This document shows, piece by piece, positions 28,639-38,994 of a DNA stretch of 64,000 nt. The notes under the pieces were generated by a model. It did no database searches. It was not told the DNA's origin and saw nothing but the letters and a program-made list of their open reading frames with translations. The stretch's first letter is position 1. The number at the start of each line of letters is the position of its first letter. The DNA is taken from the IMG/VR virus record IMGVR_UViG_3300020469_003050, positions 62,001 through 126,000 of that record; one strand, written 5' to 3'. Both the position numbers and the translations under genes were made by a program.

Positions 28639-28923
28639 ATGACAGAAGCAAATAAACAATCGGAGGCTCCAGCAAGTGCAGAAGCACCAGCAGAGGCGCC
28701 GACGGTTACAGTAAATGACTTGGTTAATATTTACAATATTATTGACCTAGCATCAAAACGTGGCGCTTTTCAAGCCGCGGAATTATCATCAGTTGGAGCA
28801 ATCGCTAATAAAGTAAAGGCATTCGTTGACCATGTCCAAGCACAACAAAAGGCGGCGGCAGACGCGGCTGGTGAGGCGGCTGGCGAAAAGCCTGCTGAAA
28901 CTACAGAAGGAACGGATAGTTAA
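28639..28923 (+). CDS. Hypothetical phage protein
   Basis: AAGGAG RBS; IIDLASKRGAF core with low-complexity Ala/Glu ends. Confidence 0.65.
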   Translation: MTEANKQSEAPASAEAPAEAPTVTVNDLVNIYNIIDLASKRGAFQAAELSSVGAIANKVKAFVDHVQAQQKAAADAAGEAAGEKPAETTEGTDS

Positions 28924-28925
28924 TT

Positions 28926-29567
28926 ATGGCAACTATTACTAAACATATCGGTAGACATAAAGGCACGGGTCAACGCCTAAGTGTAGTCTTTATGCAAATA
29001 CCAGAAGACAAGGAACATGCTCTAGTAGTTTACTCAGACATGTTGCAAGATAAATTTCATGATGATTTTATGGCGGCAATTACATCGCCTGAAGGTCAAT
29101 CTGCAAATCATTTGCATGAGGCACTTCAACGTAAAACATTTTGGAATGGGGAAACAATGTTACAATCTCTACACTCTAGTGGTCACTTAAAAAAAGTACC
29201 AGTAGATGCAGTGATTATGCAACCAACGCCATCACAACAAATCCCACTAGCAGATATTCTTACAGAAATGGATAATATCAAAGAGGGAGCAGTTGAACCG
29301 TCACCTGACGTAGGCGAAATGCCAGGTCAGAGAATTGACGAACAAGTAGCACTTAATAGTGAAATGGATAATAAAGCAATCGCACAAAATCTTTTACAAC
29401 AGGCTGTTCTATTAGAGGACGAGGCTGTAAAGAAAAGAAATGAAGCGGTTAAGTATGATCCAACTCTAGCACAAAAGGCGGCAGAAGAACCGAAACGTGG
29501 TAGAGGTAGACCGAAAGGTACTACTAAGGAAGCTATGTCGGCGAAAACAACCTCAGCAGAGGTATAA
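28926..29567 (+). CDS. Hypothetical protein with AT-hook-like tail
   Basis: C-terminal KRGRGRPKG. Confidence 0.6.
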   Translation: MATITKHIGRHKGTGQRLSVVFMQIPEDKEHALVVYSDMLQDKFHDDFMAAITSPEGQSANHLHEALQRKTFWNGETMLQSLHSSGHLKKVPVDAVIMQPTPSQQIPLADILTEMDNIKEGAVEPSPDVGEMPGQRIDEQVALNSEMDNKAIAQNLLQQAVLLEDEAVKKRNEAVKYDPTLAQKAAEEPKRGRGRPKGTTKEAMSAKTTSAEV

Positions 29568-29571
29568 AACT

Positions 29572-29841
29572 ATGAGTAGGCGTAGTGAAATATTAGATGC
29601 AATTACACGTGAACGTGAAAAGCATACAGATATGCCCGGTTCAGAATTAGATATTAAGAACACACCCAATGATTGGGTTGCTATAGCATCTTATTATCTT
29701 GTTCAGAATACACGGAGAGCCACTATGCTTACTCCACCATCAGCGGAAGATTATAAGGATAACTTGGTAAAAGCAGGTGCAGTAATCTTAGCCGCAATCG
29801 AACACATAGATTCGATGAAAGATAAGGACGAACTATCGTAA
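29572..29841 (+). CDS. Hypothetical protein
   Basis: ATG 29572 after GAGG; likely the true start of the 29497 ORF. Confidence 0.55.
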   Translation: MSRRSEILDAITREREKHTDMPGSELDIKNTPNDWVAIASYYLVQNTRRATMLTPPSAEDYKDNLVKAGAVILAAIEHIDSMKDKDELS

Positions 29842-30185
29842 TGGAATTTGATAGAGAAGGAGAATTTGATAGGGTAATGGAAGAAATCTTTCCAGTAAGC
29901 ATTCCTTCTGCATTCGTTAAAAGTATCAGTGTAAAATTAGCAAACGGTCAGCAAGTCGTTTTAAAAGGCGATGAACTAGTAAATCCACTACCTGTTGCAA
30001 ATGACTTTAGTTGGGATAAACTTGTAGAGCAATTCGATGCCATAGAAGATATCCAAGTGTTTATTGATATGCCTGCCATTAGGCAGAACGTAGTAATGAA
30101 CGTAAAAAAGATACTAAATAATCATTTTAAAGAGTACTTAGAAAAGGAAGCTAAGAAAAAGCAGGAGAAGGATGATGGCGATTAA
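29841..30185 (+). CDS. Hypothetical protein
   Basis: Coupled ORF, 114 aa. Confidence 0.55.
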   Translation: MEFDREGEFDRVMEEIFPVSIPSAFVKSISVKLANGQQVVLKGDELVNPLPVANDFSWDKLVEQFDAIEDIQVFIDMPAIRQNVVMNVKKILNNHFKEYLEKEAKKKQEKDDGD

Positions 30186-30693
30186 TATGATTTTAGCCGC
30201 CGACGAATACGGTGGCATCGGTTACAAAAACGATTTACCTTGGGCAAAAATCAAACTAGATTTAAAATGGTTCGCAGGTTGGACAACTGATAATGTAGTT
30301 GTCATGGGCTCTAATACTTGGAAGAGTTTAGGAAAAATAGCCCCATTAAAAGACAGACTCAATTACGTAATAACTTCTAAACATATGGAAGACTTTCCAG
30401 GTGCTCATGATTTATATGACCACAATCAATATTCACTTGAAAGTATCATTACTGCAATTCAATCAAGACATGGAACTAAAGACATATACATTATAGGTGG
30501 TAAAAAACTTTATGATGATGGTTATAAGTTTTGTGATAAAATATTTTTAACTAGAATTGAAGGTGCATTTTCAGTAGACACTACAGTAGATATTATGGAA
30601 TATCTAAAAGAATTCAAAAAGACTAAAGCAACCAAATACGTAAACCCATACCCAGAACCTCATTGTACATTTGAGATATGGGATAGAAAATAG
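30172..30693 (+). CDS. folA: Dihydrofolate reductase
   Basis: GIGYKNDLPW, VVMGSNTWKS, LKDRLN and IIGG. Confidence 0.93.
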   Translation: MMAINMILAADEYGGIGYKNDLPWAKIKLDLKWFAGWTTDNVVVMGSNTWKSLGKIAPLKDRLNYVITSKHMEDFPGAHDLYDHNQYSLESIITAIQSRHGTKDIYIIGGKKLYDDGYKFCDKIFLTRIEGAFSVDTTVDIMEYLKEFKKTKATKYVNPYPEPHCTFEIWDRK

Positions 30694-30701
30694 GATAGTA
30701 A

Positions 30702-31571
30702 ATGGCTAATTGGGAAGAAGAGGAATACCTTTCCTTACTACAACATGTAATGGATACAGGCGAGAAGCGAGACCAAGAACGAACTGGTACAGGAACTCGT
30801 AGTATATTTTATGCACATTTAAACTTTCAACTTGAAGCTGGTCTACCTTTATTAACAACTAAAAAAGTAAACTTCAAAGCAATACTAAGTGAATTACTTT
30901 GGTTCTTAGAAGGGTCTAGTGATGAACGTAGACTAGCAGAAATTCATTACGGTGATAAACGAGAGAATTTAATTGGTAAGAGAACTATTTGGACTGACAA
31001 TGCTGACAAGCAAGGTAAAGAATTAGGCTTTACTAACACTGATACAGTAAAGAACTTAGGACCAGTGTATGGTGTTCAATGGAGAAATTCTAACGGTGTT
31101 GACCAGATAGCTGAAATTATAAAAACTATTAAAGAGAATCCACAATCACGTAGACATATTCTTAATGCATGGAATCCAAGGGATGTAGATATGATGGCTT
31201 TACCACCATGTCATACTATGTCACAATTCTATGTATCTAATGATAGAAAATTATCTTGTAACATGTATCAACGTAGTGCAGATTTATTTTTAGGAGTTCC
31301 ATTTAACATTGCATCATATTCATTATTAACTTATATGATTGCACATGTTTGTAAGTTAGGTGTTGGTGATTTTAATCATATCTTTGGTGACTGTCACGTA
31401 TATGAGGATCACTTTGATGCAGTCAAAGAGCAATTAGAAAGACAAGCAGAACATTTTCCTAAACTAAAAATTAATAGAACTGTTGAGTCTATAGATGATT
31501 TTAAAATAGAAGATTTTGAATTGATTGGTTACGACCCTCAGCCTTTTATTAAAGCATCGATGTCAGTTTAG
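30702..31571 (+). CDS. thyA: Thymidylate synthase
   Basis: RTGTGT, PLLTTKK, LPPCH and YQRSADLFLGVPFN. Confidence 0.97.
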   Translation: MANWEEEEYLSLLQHVMDTGEKRDQERTGTGTRSIFYAHLNFQLEAGLPLLTTKKVNFKAILSELLWFLEGSSDERRLAEIHYGDKRENLIGKRTIWTDNADKQGKELGFTNTDTVKNLGPVYGVQWRNSNGVDQIAEIIKTIKENPQSRRHILNAWNPRDVDMMALPPCHTMSQFYVSNDRKLSCNMYQRSADLFLGVPFNIASYSLLTYMIAHVCKLGVGDFNHIFGDCHVYEDHFDAVKEQLERQAEHFPKLKINRTVESIDDFKIEDFELIGYDPQPFIKASMSV

Positions 31572-32007
31572 CAACTCTATCTTTATGTCTACCACCTTCA
31601 AATTTGGTAGTTAAAAACTTATCAACAATTTTTAATGCATCTTTTGTAGAAGTAAAATCTGCACCTAAACATAATACGTTTGCATCATTATGTAGTCTTG
31701 CCATTTCTGCTTCTTTAGGAGTGCGAACTGTTACTGCACGAATATGTGGATATCGATTGGCCGCTATTGCTACACCAAACCCAGAACCACATACTAAAAT
31801 CCCTCTATCAAAAACTGACTTCATTTCTAAAGCCAAACTCTTTACTACATCTGGATAATCTACTTTTGCTTTACTATCATAGCAACCACAATCTAAATAT
31901 GTTACTATATCGCTTGTTATATCTTTGTCAATAGGAACAAGATGTTTCTCTATTGCACATTTTAATTCATAACCTCTATGGTCTGAACCTGTTATTAAAT
32001 CAGTCAT
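31549..32007 (-). CDS. rpiB: Ribose-5-phosphate isomerase B
   Basis: GSDHRG, DYPD, CGSGFG, ARLHNDAN and FEGGRH; start reassigned to ATG 32007. Confidence 0.92.
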   Translation of the reverse strand: MTDLITGSDHRGYELKCAIEKHLVPIDKDITSDIVTYLDCGCYDSKAKVDYPDVVKSLALEMKSVFDRGILVCGSGFGVAIAANRYPHIRAVTVRTPKEAEMARLHNDANVLCLGADFTSTKDALKIVDKFLTTKFEGGRHKDRVAKLTSML

Positions 32008-32696
32008 TAAAAATCTATTTCCCTTCCTTTGTTTTCCCATGTACCAAATCTTGTAGGCTCTGCACCTTTAGGTCCACCCAACTCAGTAGGTATTTCCCAC
32101 GGTAAAGGTTTAGATTTATCTATTATTGGTTTAGGTAAACAAAATACTAAATGTGTTCTTAATATCTTACTTGCGTTTATGGCGGTGTGTCTTTTTGTAG
32201 TATCAACTTTATATACTCCACCATATGGTATTCTGCATACTTTATCATCGATAACCATAAAACATTTATCATCAGTTACTAAAGGAATATGCAATCTTGG
32301 TGTGTTGTCTTTATGATATGTTAAACATTTTTTCATTCCTAACATCATAAATCTACCTCTCAGGACTCCATATTCTTCGTATAATGCATTTACTACTTCG
32401 CCTATATATGTACCTTTCCATATATCACAAACTAGATTAAATACATCTTCTTCTAGTACTACATCACGTACTTTAGGTCCTGAGTTTTCGTAATCTTGTT
32501 CTGGAAAGTAATTATCCCAATCGTATAGCAAACTGCCACAACTATCAGTTAATTGCTTTTCACCCTCAATACCTTCTCTACATTGAACTGCTATCTGATA
32601 TTCATTATCAATAAGTTTCTGTTCAATGTCAAGTCCTTTGAACTCTCCTACAAGTCTCTTGTAATCGAATTCTATGTCTAATTTTTCTACACTCAT
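32007..32696 (-). CDS. 2OG-Fe(II)/Asp-Asn beta-hydroxylase-like oxygenase
   Basis: YHKD...RLHIPL...HTAIN...RTHLV. Confidence 0.7.
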   Translation of the reverse strand: MSVEKLDIEFDYKRLVGEFKGLDIEQKLIDNEYQIAVQCREGIEGEKQLTDSCGSLLYDWDNYFPEQDYENSGPKVRDVVLEEDVFNLVCDIWKGTYIGEVVNALYEEYGVLRGRFMMLGMKKCLTYHKDNTPRLHIPLVTDDKCFMVIDDKVCRIPYGGVYKVDTTKRHTAINASKILRTHLVFCLPKPIIDKSKPLPWEIPTELGGPKGAEPTRFGTWENKGREIDF

Positions 32697-33613
32697 TCAA
32701 AGTCCTCGTAATGTTTGTCGTGTTCTTGCAAAGCATAAGACAAACATAATCTATTAATATATCCGTCTCTTTCAAAATGATTGTCTTTATCTTTTGTACT
32801 AATGCCAAAGATAACACTATCACTTGGTTCTATTTCTAATGTCTTTGCTAACTCGATTTGTTTCTGTCTATATTTATTACACATATAATCAGGACTGAAC
32901 TCTTTCATTAATTCTGAATGTATTTTCATTCCAGCCATCTGTGTATAAAAGTGTTGATTTTGTAATTGCAATGCGGTACGTTCAACATTTCTTTTATATA
33001 ACATACCTGTACGCAATCCTCCAGTAGCGAATGTCTTACTGAAACTAAATGCTACATGGGTTATGCATTTATGATTTAAATCTAATCTAGGTACTTCTGC
33101 TACACCAAACAAACAACAATCTATGAATATAGCAACATTTCTTTTATTACATGTTTCTATTATTCTATCCCAGTCAAAATGTACGTTCCCAGTAGCACTA
33201 AAAGGATAACTTATAATCAAAGATGAATTGATTGGTATGTCTTTATATGTATCTAATACAGGTATCCCTAGGTCCCTGTGATACGTGTACTCGCCTCTGA
33301 GTACATGTAAGTATTTTGCAGTCTCATAGAAGTCGGTAAATGCATCAGTAATACCGTTAGTAACTAATCTATTAGTAAACTTATCAAGTCCCATTATCTT
33401 AAACTTTTTACTAGAATGTATCCACTCATCATATTGTTCTAAGAATGCCATTTGGTCATGTAATATTGAAAAGTCATAAGAGTCATTAAAGATATTAACT
33501 GAACTTCCTACCTCAATAACATCTTCATCTACAATAGCTTTTGCTTTACGAATAGCCTGTTCTCTATTCTCACAATGTTCTGTAAATAAATCTATCTTAT
33601 CTAATCTTTTCAT
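32693..33613 (-). CDS. PLP-dependent aminotransferase-like (fold I)
   Basis: PFSATGN, IFIDC and FSFSKTF..GLRTG (PLP lysine). Confidence 0.7.
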   Translation of the reverse strand: MKRLDKIDLFTEHCENREQAIRKAKAIVDEDVIEVGSSVNIFNDSYDFSILHDQMAFLEQYDEWIHSSKKFKIMGLDKFTNRLVTNGITDAFTDFYETAKYLHVLRGEYTYHRDLGIPVLDTYKDIPINSSLIISYPFSATGNVHFDWDRIIETCNKRNVAIFIDCCLFGVAEVPRLDLNHKCITHVAFSFSKTFATGGLRTGMLYKRNVERTALQLQNQHFYTQMAGMKIHSELMKEFSPDYMCNKYRQKQIELAKTLEIEPSDSVIFGISTKDKDNHFERDGYINRLCLSYALQEHDKHYEDFE

Positions 33614-34760
33614 TTGGATATATTCTTACTTGGTGGCCTGGTGCCCTTTTTGGTATCTTACTATCTGCACTTGAAACACAACTTTCACTAATACACGGCT
33701 TAGGCTTATCAAATAGTTTAAATCCACTTTCGATATATCCTAGTGGTTCATCTGCACAACTGTAAGAACGTTTAATACTTCCGTCTGGTTCTCTTATGAT
33801 AACACCTTTGAAGCCACTAGTACAATCCCAACCTTTGAACTTATTAAAGTTGAAAGCATTAAATCTTTCTGCTTGGTCTATGTACCACTTCTTGCCTTTG
33901 CTATCTTCAAACTCTACTTGCATGATTGGTGGGACACCTTTATCATCACCATTCATTATGTCTTGGTTCCACATAGTCTTTGCTGGCTTAGGTCTTATAA
34001 TCTTTTTACCTGTTGTCTTTTGTAAATCATCTGTGTATGCACGTTGTGGCATACCATTCTGCATAATCTCTAATTGCTTATCTGTATAACCTTTAACAAC
34101 AAAAGAAGCAGTAGGATCAGATTGAGGCTTTAACGTAACATTAATACCTCTGTTATGAAAGTATAATGCATTATCCCAATCAACATCAAATCTTTCAGGA
34201 ACAAGAACCATATTAATAGTTACTTGTATATCATATTCCATACATAATAAAAGTTTGTCTGCAAATTCTTCTGGCTTTGCAAACTCTCTATGATAACTGG
34301 CTGTAATACTTGCTCTATGCATTTTACCTACTATCTCAGCATACTTTATAAACCAATCTTTTTTACGAGAGATATTACTAGTCATATGAACGCTAGTGTA
34401 ATTACAATTATCGACATCATCAGCCAAATGTTGTAAGATGTCCAAGTATCCTGGATGGAAAGTAGGCTCACCACCAGATAAACTAAAATGAAAACTATTA
34501 AACCCATTATCACGTGCTTGCCTCTTTATCTCATCAATAGTTGCTAAACACAATTCTGTAGGTCTATGGTCTTTTCTATCTGACCTAGCATAAGGCCAAC
34601 AGTAACTACATTTATAATTACAGAAACGACCTAGTAACCAAGACACTGAGAATAAATCTCTATACAATAAAGTACGTTGTCCTACTTTGACAATATCATC
34701 AAAAGGTATCTTAGTAAAATCATACTGTGACCATTTAAGTGATTGCTTATCTATTTCCAT
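33597..34760 (-). CDS. Radical SAM protein (class C)
   Basis: WLLGRFCNYKCSYC, SGGEPT and C-terminal Cys cluster (WDCTSG...C...C...C). Confidence 0.9.
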   Translation of the reverse strand: MEIDKQSLKWSQYDFTKIPFDDIVKVGQRTLLYRDLFSVSWLLGRFCNYKCSYCWPYARSDRKDHRPTELCLATIDEIKRQARDNGFNSFHFSLSGGEPTFHPGYLDILQHLADDVDNCNYTSVHMTSNISRKKDWFIKYAEIVGKMHRASITASYHREFAKPEEFADKLLLCMEYDIQVTINMVLVPERFDVDWDNALYFHNRGINVTLKPQSDPTASFVVKGYTDKQLEIMQNGMPQRAYTDDLQKTTGKKIIRPKPAKTMWNQDIMNGDDKGVPPIMQVEFEDSKGKKWYIDQAERFNAFNFNKFKGWDCTSGFKGVIIREPDGSIKRSYSCADEPLGYIESGFKLFDKPKPCISESCVSSADSKIPKRAPGHQVRIYPNEKIR

Positions 34761-34761
34761 C

Positions 34762-36189
34762 TTATACCTTATATTTCTTCATTGCGTTATACAACTCTGG
34801 TAATTGTTTTTCCATGTTTTCGTTTCTGATTCCATCAAGTTTCTCATTGTATTGCCAGAACTTCTTGTTATTTTCTTCTGTGAACCAATCTTCATCATAC
34901 ATAAACTTAATATTATTATCAAGTAATTGGTCCATTTTCATTATAGCCCACTCTTTGTTTGCAGGCTTAATCATTCCCATTGCCATAGGATTTTTCTTAG
35001 CGAGTGAATGATAGTCAATATTATTTACTATTTCTGTTTTGAACTCTGTTCTAAATTCTTCCCATTTATCACGTACTTGGTCTTTTACTTCTAATGGTAG
35101 AAATCTTGTTGCTAATTCATGTGGTTTATGTATTGGGTGTGCATTAATAAATGGCTTAGGATTATTCTTTAGCATAGGAGATATAACTGCAAAGTCTTGT
35201 TCTATCTTCCACTTTAAGAAATCTGTAAAATGAAAAGCATTCAGGGCACCAATAGTAAATGCTATCCAGGCTCTGAAATTCATTTTCTCTAAACCAACTT
35301 CATCTAGTCTTACTAAATTCTTTTCCATTAGTTTTGACTTAAGTGGGTTACGTACATATTCTAATGTCTCACCTATTCCGTCCATTGATATACCAAACTG
35401 AACTTGCTTAAATTGTTTCCATAACTCTAATGCTCTAGGTTGAATGTTAGTTAAGTTAGTATTGTATTCAAGTGTCATTTCTTTTGCTTTATCTACTTCG
35501 ACACAATACTTTAAGAAATCATAATGTTCTTCAATGATAAGAGGTTCACCACCTACTAGATAAACATGTTGCATTCCTTTTACGTTTTCTTTTAAATTCT
35601 CCCAGAAGTGATCCTTCTTAACCCAATCGTAATCGTTTGATACAAATCTACCTTTGTTATTCTTATACATTTCTACGATACCATGTGTATCTTTAAACTT
35701 ATTTGTACCCCACATCTTAACATAATCATCGTACCAAGAACTACTATCCATCGGAGAACACATACGACATTTTAAGTTACAGAAATTACCTAAACGAATA
35801 TCATAGTAAGTTTGTTTTATATGATTTAAATCTATTGTACCATCTTCTGAGGTATGTTCTTTCGCTTGTTCAAATGTTATATGTTGAGCAAATCTTTCGC
35901 CATCGTTAATACGTCTGGACTTCATACCTGATTTTTCTTCACGTAAACATCTAATACACTCTGCATGCCATTTGTTATCTAACATTGTTTTACGAATTTC
36001 TTTTGCTAGTGGAGAGTTAATCGCATCAGTAATCTTATCTTGTTTAAGATTATAGTTTGTCCCATCTTCTTTCTTATAGATACCTCGAGTAGGTCCTTGA
36101 TTGGCATGACAACATACACGCAAATCTCCATTTGCACGTGTTGAGATATTAATCCAAGGTAATATGCAAAATGTATCAGGCATATTCAT
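34762..36189 (-). CDS. Radical SAM protein with N-terminal Twitch/SPASM-like domain (class A)
   Basis: FCILPW..RVCC..CIRC; CNLKCRMC; GGEPL. Confidence 0.9.
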   Translation of the reverse strand: MNMPDTFCILPWINISTRANGDLRVCCHANQGPTRGIYKKEDGTNYNLKQDKITDAINSPLAKEIRKTMLDNKWHAECIRCLREEKSGMKSRRINDGERFAQHITFEQAKEHTSEDGTIDLNHIKQTYYDIRLGNFCNLKCRMCSPMDSSSWYDDYVKMWGTNKFKDTHGIVEMYKNNKGRFVSNDYDWVKKDHFWENLKENVKGMQHVYLVGGEPLIIEEHYDFLKYCVEVDKAKEMTLEYNTNLTNIQPRALELWKQFKQVQFGISMDGIGETLEYVRNPLKSKLMEKNLVRLDEVGLEKMNFRAWIAFTIGALNAFHFTDFLKWKIEQDFAVISPMLKNNPKPFINAHPIHKPHELATRFLPLEVKDQVRDKWEEFRTEFKTEIVNNIDYHSLAKKNPMAMGMIKPANKEWAIMKMDQLLDNNIKFMYDEDWFTEENNKKFWQYNEKLDGIRNENMEKQLPELYNAMKKYKV

Positions 36190-37414
36190 TCATCTCCGTA
36201 TCCTCAAAGTTCTTTTCTCCGTTTCCTCTGAAATCTAATTCTTTTCCACATGTCTTGCCACATATCCATAATCTGTCAGGAGAGTTTATCTCCCAACTAT
36301 CTACTAAATCATTTGAAAAGTATGGTGAGTTTAGTATATCATGAATGCTATGCTTTGACAAGTCATTAAATCCTTCTCCGTATTTTCTATTCATAATAGC
36401 ATTGTCTTCGATACGTCTAGGTGTTGCCATGTCATGTCCTACTTTACTGTAGTAATGTCCTTGCCAACAACAAGGCCAAACTTTACCTTCGTAATCTACA
36501 AATATACTTTTATCTCTCATAGTCTGACAAGCAATGTCTGTAGCTTTTACATAATTATCAAATGTCTTATGTTTCTTAATCACTTTTTCAACGTTGTTTG
36601 TTGTATTTGCATTATCTGTTTTCTCTGGTGCCTTCAATATAGTAGCCATTGCTTTTGCTTTTTCTTCTGTAGTTTTTGCTTTTTTCTTTTCCATGGCTAC
36701 GTGTTGTTTCGCAACAAATTTCAATTCTGTTTTTGTTTCTACTTTTTCTTCTTTGTCGCCTGCATAATGTGTAGGTATTACATAGCGATTAGATTTCTTA
36801 TATCTAAATTTAACAAAGCCCATCTTATCTGCTAATGCTTTGGCTTCTTCAATTTGATGTTCGTTGTGTGCAAATGCAATAAAGTCCCATCTTGCTAGTC
36901 CACCAGCATCTATGAATGCCTGTGCATTTTCCATTATCTTGTTAAAGTTTGTATTCACTCTATATAAATGATTAGTATCCTCTAACCCATCTACTGCGAA
37001 AATAACTTTATCAGGCTTTCTCATTATACTTGCTAACTCTATCCACCACTCTGGTTTATGTACTGAACCATTCGTACTCAGCGTTACTTGTGGAACTCCA
37101 GCGTCTTTGTACATTCTTATAATCTCTAATAGATGAGGATACATAATTGGATCACCAAAGTTACCATTGATAAAAACATGATTAGGTAAGAACGGTTTCA
37201 TTTCTTCTATCATGTTTGTTAACAACTGTGGATCTGTATCAAGTAAATGTACATCATCACGTTTCTTTAATACTACTTCACCACCTTCTACTGCACCATC
37301 CATACCAGTAGTTCTTCCACACATAGGACATAATGCATTACATCGTGAGGTTAACTCTAAGTGTAACACACCTACATCAAATTTTATATATCTTAGTTTC
37401 TCTTGCTTCGCCAT
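36176..37414 (-). CDS. Radical SAM protein with C-terminal SPASM-like domain (class B)
   Basis: CNALCPMC, GNFGDP, YRVN and PCCW...CGKTCG. Confidence 0.9.
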   Translation of the reverse strand: MAKQEKLRYIKFDVGVLHLELTSRCNALCPMCGRTTGMDGAVEGGEVVLKKRDDVHLLDTDPQLLTNMIEEMKPFLPNHVFINGNFGDPIMYPHLLEIIRMYKDAGVPQVTLSTNGSVHKPEWWIELASIMRKPDKVIFAVDGLEDTNHLYRVNTNFNKIMENAQAFIDAGGLARWDFIAFAHNEHQIEEAKALADKMGFVKFRYKKSNRYVIPTHYAGDKEEKVETKTELKFVAKQHVAMEKKKAKTTEEKAKAMATILKAPEKTDNANTTNNVEKVIKKHKTFDNYVKATDIACQTMRDKSIFVDYEGKVWPCCWQGHYYSKVGHDMATPRRIEDNAIMNRKYGEGFNDLSKHSIHDILNSPYFSNDLVDSWEINSPDRLWICGKTCGKELDFRGNGEKNFEDTEMNEYA

Positions 37415-38994
37415 TTTAAAAATAACTCTTCCGGATATCCGTATGCGTGATTAATTTCTTCTAATTTCATTCCTCTAGTTGGTGAACCATCCCAATCTGC
37501 ACTATGCAATCTAAGATGTTTGTTTTTATCGCACATTTTCTTTACTACTTCTTTGTAGATATCTCTACGTTCTTCATATGATAGTAACCACGTAGTATAT
37601 CTTGTTGTAATATAATTACTACTCCATACCACACTATCAAATCCTTCTTCATGTGGTTGAATTCTATCTACAAGAGGCTGATAGTCTCTACATAAATCTG
37701 CTACTCCGTATGTTATATTAGGATTATGTTTAACTTTCTCATGCATTTCATAGAAGTCTTCCATTGTATCAAAGATTCTTAGAATGCTTTTTTGATATGC
37801 CTCTTTTGCTTTTTCTCTTTCACTATCCCAATTAGGTGACATGAAATCAAAGTCTTCATAAATTGATATCAGGGCTTTATCAGTCTTATACCATTCATCG
37901 TGTAAATAATCTAAGTACTGATTAAAGTCTCTCGGATCCCATTCAGTGTGTAACCATTTTCTTGCTTCTAAACTGTTCTCTGATATATCAAAGTAATGTA
38001 GACCTACATTCTCTACATCAGTATTAGGGTTCCAATTATTTAAGAATGCAAATGTTTTAAATCCTGCGGCTACACTGTAAATATTCTTTAGTGGAAACTT
38101 TCTAGGAACAAATATAACATCATTTACTGACTCTGTATTCATAACCCATATGGCATCTGGTGAGCGTTGAACTGTATAGGCTTGATATTGTAAGAAGTCT
38201 TTTTTAGTTTGACCTAGATTACTTTCGTGTGCTTTAAAGTTAGCACAATCTTCTCTAAAGAACTTTTTGAATTCTTCTTGTTCTTCTTTAATCTCTGGAT
38301 ACAAATATGTTTTAGTCTTACGAGCCTGCTCATCAAAGTTTAATACTGATAGTCCTGCTTTTAAACTCTCATTGATTAGATTCCAACCAAAGCCTGTACG
38401 ATTAATTGTTTCTTGTTCTGTTCCCGGTGACAAATACTTAGGCGTATGTCCGTCATGAAAGTTTTCTGTACTTCTCACAGCCTGTCTAACTTCCTGTTGC
38501 TTAACCCCAAAGTCTCCAAACGCAGGTCTTCCCATTGCTTTCCACATAGGATAATTGATAACGAAACATTGCTCATGTAATCTAAACCATCTATCTTTGT
38601 GTTGGTCATCAAGTATATGTCCCATTAATAAAAACTTATTTGCTTTAGCATCTGCTAACCAATCATGATTGCAATACTCTCTGAATAAACTATAACCATG
38701 TTCCAGTGGTTGCCACGTATCATATAATATGTTACCGTATGCTTGAACTACTAAAAGAACAATATCACTTTCTTCTGGATCATTGGCTAAGTCTGCTAGT
38801 ATCTTATCAACTGTATCCTCTTCGTAAATCTTATGTCTATAATGACTGTAATTGTTTCTAAGAAAGTTATAAGTCATCTGTCTAGTGTATTGTGATATTT
38901 CGTCATCACCAATAGTTTTAGATGTATCTAATACTGCACATCTAACTCTCTTGCTAAAATTGGTTGAACGTTGATGGTCTGTGTGTTTAGTCAT
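37393..38994 (-). CDS. Hypothetical protein (533 aa)
   Basis: Long ORF within the operon; no recognised motif. Confidence 0.6.
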   Translation of the reverse strand: MTKHTDHQRSTNFSKRVRCAVLDTSKTIGDDEISQYTRQMTYNFLRNNYSHYRHKIYEEDTVDKILADLANDPEESDIVLLVVQAYGNILYDTWQPLEHGYSLFREYCNHDWLADAKANKFLLMGHILDDQHKDRWFRLHEQCFVINYPMWKAMGRPAFGDFGVKQQEVRQAVRSTENFHDGHTPKYLSPGTEQETINRTGFGWNLINESLKAGLSVLNFDEQARKTKTYLYPEIKEEQEEFKKFFREDCANFKAHESNLGQTKKDFLQYQAYTVQRSPDAIWVMNTESVNDVIFVPRKFPLKNIYSVAAGFKTFAFLNNWNPNTDVENVGLHYFDISENSLEARKWLHTEWDPRDFNQYLDYLHDEWYKTDKALISIYEDFDFMSPNWDSEREKAKEAYQKSILRIFDTMEDFYEMHEKVKHNPNITYGVADLCRDYQPLVDRIQPHEEGFDSVVWSSNYITTRYTTWLLSYEERRDIYKEVVKKMCDKNKHLRLHSADWDGSPTRGMKLEEINHAYGYPEELFLKWRSKRN

